A stretch of DNA of 64,000 nt. Source: Candidatus Latescibacterota bacterium. Lineage in GTDB: Bacteria; Latescibacterota; UBA2968. Each line of letters starts with the position of its first letter. Within the stretch, counting starts at the first letter, position 1. Where the stretch lies: positions 3,008,001-3,072,000 of the forward strand of contig OZ220741.1 in assembly GCA_965116885.1 (NCBI GenBank). The letters run 5' to 3'. A model generated the notes under the pieces. It searched no databases. It worked only from the letters and a program-made list of their open reading frames with translations, and was not told where the DNA came from. Both the position numbers and the translations under genes were made by a program. This document shows, one piece after another, positions 56,438 through 64,000 of the stretch.

Positions 56438-59400
56438 ATGCGTAAAATCGGCACAGGTATTCTCTGGATTATCACGATTTTGATGTTGTCTTCAGTGACC
56501 ATTTTTAATCCGGGACAGGTGACGGATTTTTTTGTAACGCTTTTTAATATTAAACCGAGTATTCCCGAACTCAAACCCATTGAAATTTCAGAACGCGATC
56601 GCGAAATTCGATCCATTGCAGAGTCCATTACACAAGAAGATGTGCATCAAATCATTGCCGACCTGTCGGGAATGGGGTCCCGGGTCCCTGGCTATTCGGG
56701 GCATAGGCAGGCTTTTGAATATGTCAAACAGCATTTTGAGCAATTTGGCCTTGAAGATATCGCGGTCGAAGAGCACACGGTAACGGTTCCTATTGACAAA
56801 GGAGCTTCACTCACTTTGACGGATACCGGCGAAGAAATTGCGATCTACGGTTTTTGGCCCAACCATGTACAAACGCCCTCTGTGCCCAGCGCAGGGATTT
56901 CGGGGGCGCTTATTTATGGGGGCAAGGGGGCGTTTGCAGAACTGAATGGCAAAAAGGTCGAAGGTAGCGTTGTCCTGATGGACTTCGATTGTGACCAGGG
57001 CTATTTAAGTCCGCGTATGCTGGGGGCAAAGGCCATTTTATTTTATGACAATGGGCGGGTTACACAGGGTCAGGCTATGGATAAGTTTTTGCCCGTGCCC
57101 GTTGATGTGCCCCGGTTCTGGGTCAAAAAAGACGATGCTTTGCGTTTGCTCGAACTGGCCCAAACGCAATCTCCCGAAGTGCGTTTGACTTCGAAGATGG
57201 ATTGGGAAGAGGTGCCGACCTGGAATATTTTTGCAACTCTTCCAGGGTCCGAAGACTATATCACGGAGCGCGAAGAACGCAAGTGGAAAGACCAGCAGAT
57301 TGTGCTGAGTGCTTTTTACGATGCCATATCCGTTGTGCCGGCTCTCGCGCCGGGTGCTGAAAATGCGTCGGGATTGGCCGCGCTTTTACACACTGCCCGC
57401 GTTTTGAGACAGAATCCGCCCAAATATTCGGTGACCTTTTTGGCAACTGGCTCTCATTTTCAAGGGCTGGCAGGCATCAATGATTTTGTGTATAGGCATT
57501 CGCGCGAAAGCGATCATTTCCGCGATAAGATTCCCGATAGTGTATCGGTGGCCGGTGCTTATCTCGATGGCGAACTTATTCCACGCGACAGCGAAGAGTT
57601 TGAAGAACTCATTCCCGATAGCTATAAAATTGATTTTCGGTTATTTATCGGGTTGGACCTGTCGAGTGAATCCGATCAGTTGGCGAGCTTTTCGCACGGC
57701 ACCTTTAACAACCCAAATTGGCAGACAGACAATTATCTAAATAATCTGCTGGCGCCTTATGCAGACAAATTCGATAAATATATGGCCAAAGTATTTCCGG
57801 GTGAAGAAGTGCGCCATGTCGATGCGATTGCACCGCCAAAACGCACGTGGAAAAATTTTATGCCCATTCGCCTGGGATTTGACAGTGAGGCCGTTACTTT
57901 TGTTGGGAAAGAAGGCATTACTCTGGCGACGCCATCAACTGTGAGGCGTTTTGTCGATACGCCCATTGATCGCGTTGAGAATGTCAATATGGACAATTTG
58001 ACGCGCCAGGTCCAAACGGCGATAGCTGCCATGATGAAAGCGGGTGAAGATCCCGAATTTTTCAGGGTATCCAAGCTCAAACTGCAAGATCGCGGACACA
58101 GTTTGAAAGGGCGCGTATTGTGGTTTGATCGCAATGTCGATTTCGCGTTGCCTCGCGTGCCCGTGCCCGGTGGGGTTGCGACGTACCGGCAGCCGGGCAA
58201 TGTTCACAGTTGTGCGGGAGTGCGGACGCTGATTATTGACAAGACGACAGAAGGTCCCATTTACGATGTTAAATTGGCAAAAAATAGAACTGATGTAGAT
58301 CTAAACTTGTATGGCGACCCGGACAAAGTTAAACAAACCGGAGAGTTTTTCTTTAATATTATGCGAAATCGGTTTACCAATCGCATTTTGGCTTATGATA
58401 TTGACGAAGAGGGGAATATTACGTCGGCACCCGACATGGGTTCTGAGGGCGATAAGAAATTTCCACTGACACAGCGGTATGGCTGGTGGGAAAATGAAAT
58501 GATGACGGTTCTGTTCAAGAGCCGTTCCATCAGTGTTTTTGAAATTATCGATTCGAGCTATTTGTCCGCACTTGATTTTATGACGGTGCTCAATGAAAAC
58601 GATACACAGCCCCTGGAATTTGGTTATACGTATTTGCCTGGGCAAAGCACCAAAGAGGGCGATGTGACGCGCGCTGCTGTGACGTTTGCGCGTGTGGATG
58701 AACACACGGGGGAAGCCGAGCGGTTGAAAGTTTTGATGAGCACGGGCTTGTTTGGTGTTAAGTATTTGTTGATTAATGCGCCCCAGAAATTTTTGGACAA
58801 TCCGATTGATAAACGCGAGGTGAATCCCGATATTCTGGAAGAGGCACGAGGTGAAGGATATGAACCCGGCGTCATTTTCACGCCCTCGTATCAGGCCGCT
58901 AAGGATATGTGGGTGATTGACGATGTGCGAATGAAACAGTTGGCGCAATTTGGTATTGAAAACAATCGTCTCACCCTGTTGCACAACAGCGCGCGCGAGG
59001 CATTGATCGAAGCGCGCCAGCATCTTGAAAATTTGGATTACGAAGGGTTTATGGCCGCATCTCGGCGGGCATGGGGGCTGGAGGCTCGGGGGTATCCCGA
59101 AGTGATGGCGACGGCCAATGATACTGTGCGGGGTATTATTTTTTATTTTATTTTGTTATTGCCGTTTTCATTTTTCTGTGAGCGGTTGTTGATCGGCGCG
59201 TCGAGTATTACTGCGCGATTGAGTTGGTTTGCCGCATTTTTTGTGTTTTTCTTTATCGTTTTGCGCTTTGTCCATCCGGCTTTTCAGTTGAGCAATTCCC
59301 CCTATATTATTTTTCTCGCATTTGTGATTATGGCCCTCGGCGGCGTGGCGATGGTTATTGTGGTGTCTAAGTTTGGCGATGAAGTTCGCAAGATGAAGCA

Positions 59401-61285
59401 GGCGTCTGCAGGAACTTATGAAGCCGATGTTGGACGCATTAGCGCGACGTCGGCCGCGGTTGTACTGGGTATTTCAAATCTGCGAAAGCGCCCCATGCGC
59501 ACGGGATTGACGGCGATTACGCTGACCTTATTGACGTTTACGACATTGTCTTTTACATCGGTGCAGACTTCGTTGAAGTTTTACAAATTGCCCCGCGATA
59601 ACGAGCCGTCGTATCAGGGGGCACTCGTGCGCGACCGATCCTGGCGCGGGATGCAAGAATCCGTGCTCAATTATCTCAATAGTGCCTTTGAAGGTCGCGC
59701 CGATATTGTGCCGCGATCGTGGTATTTGTCACAGGTGCGTGGTGAGCGTGCTTATGTGAATTTTTCTCGTATGACAGAGGCCACTGCCGATATGGGCCCC
59801 AAGGAGATTTACGTCGATTTCGATGTGGGCATTACCACGGGGAAAGACAGTTTTGTCAATGCGCTGTTGGGGCTTACACCAGACGAACCCAAAATTACCG
59901 GGGCTGATCGCTATTTGATGAGTGGGCGATGGTTCGAACCCGGGGAAGAGTTCGTTTGCCTGTTGCCAAATGATCTGGCCGAGCTTGTCGGTATTTTCCC
60001 CGAGGATGCAGGAACGGCTAAGATTGAAATGCAGGGACAAGTTTTTACGGTGATTGGCATTCTCGATTCTGAAATGTTTAACAAGTTCAAAGATTTGGAT
60101 GATGAAAAACTGACTCCTGTTGATACGGTTAAAGAGAAAGACGATTTGGCAGATGCACAGGATCAGGATCCGAGGGTTGTCGCGGCTGCGCCGATTGAAA
60201 CCTTTACTCATTTGGAATCGACCAATGTGCTTGTCGTGCCCTATGAGTATATTCGGGATATCGGGGGTGTATTGGCCTCGGTGGCGATTGCGAATTTTAA
60301 GGATGAGAGCGGGCAGCCTAAGTTGAATTTTGTTCCCGACATCGAAGAGTTTATGGCGCGCGTGTCTTTGACGATGTTTGTGGGCAAGGATGATGGTGTA
60401 ACCGTCTATAGTTCGATTGGTTCAACGTCGCTTTCTGGATTGGGCAATTTGTTTATTCCGATCTTGATTGCGGCACTTATTGTACTCAATACTATGATGG
60501 GTGCTGTGTATGAGCGTTTCCGAGAGATCAGTATTTATTCCTCGGTGGGATTGGCTCCCAATCATATTGCCGCACTTTTCCTCGCGGAGGCTGGCGTATT
60601 TGCCACACTCGGCGCGGTTATGGGATATTTGATTGGACAAGTCCTGGTGCTCGTACTTTACAATGAGGGATTGCTGGGAGGCCTGGAATTAAATTATTCG
60701 TCGCTGTCTGCAATTTCCGCCACGTTGATTGTGATGGCAACGGTATTTCTCTCCGCGCTTTATCCAGCAAAGAAAGCCGCGGATATGGCAGTGCCCGATG
60801 TGACTCGCAAATGGGAATTTCCCGATCCTGATGGCGATCGGTGGGTATTTGATTTTCCCTTTACTGTAGGCGGTGCCGAGGTATTGGGCATGTACTCCTA
60901 TTTGACCCGGGTTTTTGAATCTTATGGCGAGGGATCGGTGGGTGATTTTGTTGCAGATCATGTGAAGTTCTGGTCTGAGGATCACGAGGGAGAACCGCAA
61001 TACAATATTGACCTGACGGCATGGTTGGCGCCTTATGATCTGGGAATTAGCCAGGAAGTGCAGTTAAAAGCCATTCCAACGGGTGAGCACAATATTTATA
61101 AAATTGAAGTGGTGATTAATCGCTTGAGTGGCGATGTGGCGTCCTGGAAACGGATCAATCGCGGGTTTTTGAATGTGTTGAGAAAGCGATTCCTGGTCTG
61201 GCGCACAATTCCGGGCGATATGAAGTTCAATTATGCAGAAGACGGACGCCGGGTTTTGTCTGGCGAAGTCGCGGCAATAGCATAA
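56438..61285 (+). CDS. Large membrane protein: M28-peptidase-like/PA extracytoplasmic region fused to an FtsX/MacB-like permease
   Basis: SRVPGYSG, G.LIYGGKG (PA-like), NIFATLPG, IVLSAFYD..APGAENASG; SNLRKRPMRT, NTMMGAVYERFREISIYSSVG, YPAKKAA. Confidence 0.8.
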   Translation: MRKIGTGILWIITILMLSSVTIFNPGQVTDFFVTLFNIKPSIPELKPIEISERDREIRSIAESITQEDVHQIIADLSGMGSRVPGYSGHRQAFEYVKQHFEQFGLEDIAVEEHTVTVPIDKGASLTLTDTGEEIAIYGFWPNHVQTPSVPSAGISGALIYGGKGAFAELNGKKVEGSVVLMDFDCDQGYLSPRMLGAKAILFYDNGRVTQGQAMDKFLPVPVDVPRFWVKKDDALRLLELAQTQSPEVRLTSKMDWEEVPTWNIFATLPGSEDYITEREERKWKDQQIVLSAFYDAISVVPALAPGAENASGLAALLHTARVLRQNPPKYSVTFLATGSHFQGLAGINDFVYRHSRESDHFRDKIPDSVSVAGAYLDGELIPRDSEEFEELIPDSYKIDFRLFIGLDLSSESDQLASFSHGTFNNPNWQTDNYLNNLLAPYADKFDKYMAKVFPGEEVRHVDAIAPPKRTWKNFMPIRLGFDSEAVTFVGKEGITLATPSTVRRFVDTPIDRVENVNMDNLTRQVQTAIAAMMKAGEDPEFFRVSKLKLQDRGHSLKGRVLWFDRNVDFALPRVPVPGGVATYRQPGNVHSCAGVRTLIIDKTTEGPIYDVKLAKNRTDVDLNLYGDPDKVKQTGEFFFNIMRNRFTNRILAYDIDEEGNITSAPDMGSEGDKKFPLTQRYGWWENEMMTVLFKSRSISVFEIIDSSYLSALDFMTVLNENDTQPLEFGYTYLPGQSTKEGDVTRAAVTFARVDEHTGEAERLKVLMSTGLFGVKYLLINAPQKFLDNPIDKREVNPDILEEARGEGYEPGVIFTPSYQAAKDMWVIDDVRMKQLAQFGIENNRLTLLHNSAREALIEARQHLENLDYEGFMAASRRAWGLEARGYPEVMATANDTVRGIIFYFILLLPFSFFCERLLIGASSITARLSWFAAFFVFFFIVLRFVHPAFQLSNSPYIIFLAFVIMALGGVAMVIVVSKFGDEVRKMKQASAGTYEADVGRISATSAAVVLGISNLRKRPMRTGLTAITLTLLTFTTLSFTSVQTSLKFYKLPRDNEPSYQGALVRDRSWRGMQESVLNYLNSAFEGRADIVPRSWYLSQVRGERAYVNFSRMTEATADMGPKEIYVDFDVGITTGKDSFVNALLGLTPDEPKITGADRYLMSGRWFEPGEEFVCLLPNDLAELVGIFPEDAGTAKIEMQGQVFTVIGILDSEMFNKFKDLDDEKLTPVDTVKEKDDLADAQDQDPRVVAAAPIETFTHLESTNVLVVPYEYIRDIGGVLASVAIANFKDESGQPKLNFVPDIEEFMARVSLTMFVGKDDGVTVYSSIGSTSLSGLGNLFIPILIAALIVLNTMMGAVYERFREISIYSSVGLAPNHIAALFLAEAGVFATLGAVMGYLIGQVLVLVLYNEGLLGGLELNYSSLSAISATLIVMATVFLSALYPAKKAADMAVPDVTRKWEFPDPDGDRWVFDFPFTVGGAEVLGMYSYLTRVFESYGEGSVGDFVADHVKFWSEDHEGEPQYNIDLTAWLAPYDLGISQEVQLKAIPTGEHNIYKIEVVINRLSGDVASWKRINRGFLNVLRKRFLVWRTIPGDMKFNYAEDGRRVLSGEVAAIA

Positions 61286-61322
61286 CGCGCAGATTTTGTG
61301 AATTTCCTTCTGGGAGGCAATT

Positions 61323-63380
61323 TTGGCAACCGATGAACCAAGAGATACAGAAGAAACAAAAGAGGATCTGACAGAATACGAACAGATTATGCCAGAGGAC
61401 GCGCCCTTTGAAGATGGCTTTGGCTTGAAGACGATATGGGCGACCATGTTCGTTGGGATTGTCATGTTGCCGGGGGCGATTTATTTGGGCCTGGTGACCG
61501 GGCAAAGCATGGCCGGCGCGTCTGAGTGGGTGACGATTATTCTCTTTTTAGAGATTGCCAAGCGCTCTTTTGTTCGGCTCAAGACACAGGAAATTTTGAT
61601 TATCTATTGGGTCGCTGCAGGGCTGTTGGGCATTGGGGTAAAACTCGGCTCCGGCGCGCATCTATACGGTGGACCTTTTGGAGGGTTGATCTGGGATCAG
61701 TATTTGATTCAGTCACCCGCGGCAAAAGGTTTGGATAGTTATATCCCAAATTGGGTGACGCCGCCTCTGGATTCGCCAGTATATGCCGAGCGCACGTTTG
61801 TGCATACCGACTGGATTTTGCCGGTGTTGATTCTGTTTCTGGCCATGATCATCAATCAGACTGCGCGGCTGTCCTTTGGGTATGTGATGTTTCGCATTAC
61901 CAGCGATATCGAACAATTGCCTTTTCCGCTGGAACCCGTTCACGCGAGAGGTGTTACGGCACTGGCTGAGACATCGGCCAAAGCCGAGGGTTGGCGGTGG
62001 CGCGTGTTTAGCACGGGAACGTGTATTGGTCTGGTATGGGGATTGCTCTATGTGGTTGTGCCCACGTTGTCGGGCATTTTTCTTACGGAGACAGTTCAGG
62101 TTCTGCCGATTCCGTTTATCGATTTTACCGCCGAAGTAAAAACCATATTGCCCGCTGCTGTGTTTGGCATAGGAACGGATTTGGGGCATTTATTGATCGG
62201 TTTTGTCCTGCCGTTTTACGTGGTGGTGGGGTCGTTTATCGGTGCTGTGCTCGCCAATCTGGTGATTAATCCAGTGCTTTATCTTCACACAGATGTCTTG
62301 AGCCGATGGGCACCAGGGATGACGGCGATTCCCGCAAGTATTTCCAATCGTTTTGACTTCTGGTTGAGTTTTGGGATCGGCACGTCATTCGTGATCGCGT
62401 TCACCGGATTTTATATGGTGGGTAAAACACTGTTAGAACAGCGCAAGATTCAGAAGGAAACAGGACATCACTCGGTAAAAATTAGTATGGAGGATTTGCC
62501 CGAAGGGCGAGGGGATATACCGATGAAGTGGCCCCTTGTTTTGTGGGTCATGGCTTCTTTGGCAGCCATTGGGCTGTGCCAGTGGCTCGTACCGGAATTT
62601 CAATGGTACTGGCTGGTTTTCTTCGCGTTTATTTATACGCCTATTTCGTCTTATATCGGTGCACGAATGATCGGTCTTACGGGCAGTCCTTATGGGGCGA
62701 GCATTCCGTATATTCGGGAAGCGGCCATTTTTCTGTCGGGGTATAAAGGTGTGGCGGTGTGGTTTGCTCCCATTCCTCTGCACGACCACGGGCTGGCCGT
62801 GCGACAGTTTAAGCAACTGGAATTGACCAAAACGAAGATTGGCAGTTATATCAAAATGGTGGTGATTACGACTTTTGTGATTTTCATCTGCAGCTTTATG
62901 TTCTATGAGTTTATCTGGCGTTTGGGTCCCATTCCATCTGCGACATATCCCTACGTGCAGTTGTTCTGGCCATTTGAAGCTACGATGCAAACTATGTGGC
63001 TCAAATCGACTTTGCCACCTGGAGAAGTGCAAGGTGCTGCGGGTCTGGAACTCCTGACAGATATTATCAAGGCAGAATATATAGGTGTTGGTTTCGTTAC
63101 AGGGGGACTTCTCTATCTGGTACTGGTCGCAGCCAAGGTTCCCGTGCTGGCATTTTTCGGTTTTGTGAATGGTCTGGCGCAATGGCCGCATTTTGTCATT
63201 TTGAATTTTGCCGGGGCGATGCTGGGGCGATATCATTTTGCCAAGCGATTTGGCGAGTCCAAATGGAACGCTTACGCGCCTATTTTATTAGCGGGTTATT
63301 CCTGCGGCATGGGGCTTATTGGCATGACGTCAATTGCCGTGGCTCTGATCTCCAAAGCCGTGTCTCAAGTGGTTTTCTAA
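61323..63380 (+). CDS. OPT-like multi-pass membrane transporter
   Basis: Many TM helices, EWVTIILF, EQLPFP motif; TTG follows GGGAGG. Confidence 0.65.
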   Translation: MATDEPRDTEETKEDLTEYEQIMPEDAPFEDGFGLKTIWATMFVGIVMLPGAIYLGLVTGQSMAGASEWVTIILFLEIAKRSFVRLKTQEILIIYWVAAGLLGIGVKLGSGAHLYGGPFGGLIWDQYLIQSPAAKGLDSYIPNWVTPPLDSPVYAERTFVHTDWILPVLILFLAMIINQTARLSFGYVMFRITSDIEQLPFPLEPVHARGVTALAETSAKAEGWRWRVFSTGTCIGLVWGLLYVVVPTLSGIFLTETVQVLPIPFIDFTAEVKTILPAAVFGIGTDLGHLLIGFVLPFYVVVGSFIGAVLANLVINPVLYLHTDVLSRWAPGMTAIPASISNRFDFWLSFGIGTSFVIAFTGFYMVGKTLLEQRKIQKETGHHSVKISMEDLPEGRGDIPMKWPLVLWVMASLAAIGLCQWLVPEFQWYWLVFFAFIYTPISSYIGARMIGLTGSPYGASIPYIREAAIFLSGYKGVAVWFAPIPLHDHGLAVRQFKQLELTKTKIGSYIKMVVITTFVIFICSFMFYEFIWRLGPIPSATYPYVQLFWPFEATMQTMWLKSTLPPGEVQGAAGLELLTDIIKAEYIGVGFVTGGLLYLVLVAAKVPVLAFFGFVNGLAQWPHFVILNFAGAMLGRYHFAKRFGESKWNAYAPILLAGYSCGMGLIGMTSIAVALISKAVSQVVF

Positions 63381-63487
63381 AATAAAATGATGGGTGGAAC
63401 TTTTATCCGGGCATGTGTCGTCTAATCTGTTGCGATTTATGCCCGGATTTTTATAGGCATTTTTTAACTTTTTCAAAGGAGCAGATT

Positions 63488-63991
63488 ATGCAGAGATTTC
63501 GACTCTTCGGTTTTTTGGCAGTGGCAATGGTTATGGTTGCGTCCTGCGATTTGTGGGCACAGCCGCAAAGAGGCGGTCAAGGTCAACGCGGTCAAGGTCA
63601 ACGCGGCGGCGTTCAGGTGCAGCGTTTTTTGCCGGTTGAACAGGCGCTGACCTATCTGGCGTTTAACGAGAATGTCGCCCTGAGCGATGAGCAACTCGTC
63701 AAGGTGCGCGCATCACTCAAGGGGATTTATGCAAAACGCCAGGAGTTGCAAAGAAGCCTGCGCGGAAGCAACGACCAGCAGGCGGCCATGCAGAAAGTGC
63801 GCGCTCTGCGAATGGAAATGATGCAGGGCCTGACAGCCATTCTCAATGAGAACCAGACAAAGGTATTTCAAGAACAGATGCAGCGGATGGGGCAGCGCGG
63901 GCAACGCGGTCAGCGCGGCGGGCAAGGTGGTCGTGGTGGGCAAGGTGGTCGTGGCGGGCAAGGTGGTCGTGGCGGTGGTGGCGGTGAGTAA
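63488..63991 (+). CDS. Exported helical protein (Spy/CpxP-like core) flanked by Gly/Gln/Arg repeats
   Basis: Signal peptide; LSDEQ and ILNENQ motifs; GQR and GGQGGR repeats; RBS AAGGAG. Confidence 0.7.
   Translation: MQRFRLFGFLAVAMVMVASCDLWAQPQRGGQGQRGQGQRGGVQVQRFLPVEQALTYLAFNENVALSDEQLVKVRASLKGIYAKRQELQRSLRGSNDQQAAMQKVRALRMEMMQGLTAILNENQTKVFQEQMQRMGQRGQRGQRGGQGGRGGQGGRGGQGGRGGGGGE
63889..63985 (+). repeat. Coding low-complexity repeats: 9-bp GQR units and 18-bp GGQGGR units
   Basis: About three GGGCAAGGTGGTCGTGG(C/T) units preceded by three GG(G/T)CA(A/G)CGC units. Confidence 0.85.
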
Positions 63992-64000
63992 AGACTCTAC

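Overview
Bacterial chromosomal window, probably from an FCB-group lineage such as Ca. Latescibacterota. This is an inference from the PorV-like, GWxTD, PD40-Omp85, PhyH and Gfo/Idh/MocA genes. All product calls come from motifs read by eye; no database searches were run. An accessory region of about 16 kb lies between the 3' end of guaA and a tRNA-Thr(UGU). Its first part (2076-10826) is the best candidate for an undescribed system: a putative RiPP cluster with two GT-B glycosyltransferases, two small paralogous peptides whose double-glycine-type leaders align without gaps, a cNMP/C39/ABC exporter, an HlyD adaptor and a PpiC-like chaperone. This suggests exported glycosylated acidic peptides unlike SunS/GT2 glycocins. 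Its second part (10926-16464) is an AT-rich defence module: a fused double amino-methyltransferase, a convergent multi-Zn HNH endonuclease, an RxxxxH HEPN-like protein and a 139-bp MITE-like element. The rest is mostly housekeeping and catabolic genes (ddl, ispDF, queA, accD, aroQ, sucD, rpiA, era, uxuA-like), a LolA/LolE-like ABC locus and envelope genes. The window ends with a 1615-aa degenerate M28/PA/FtsX fusion next to an OPT-like transporter.
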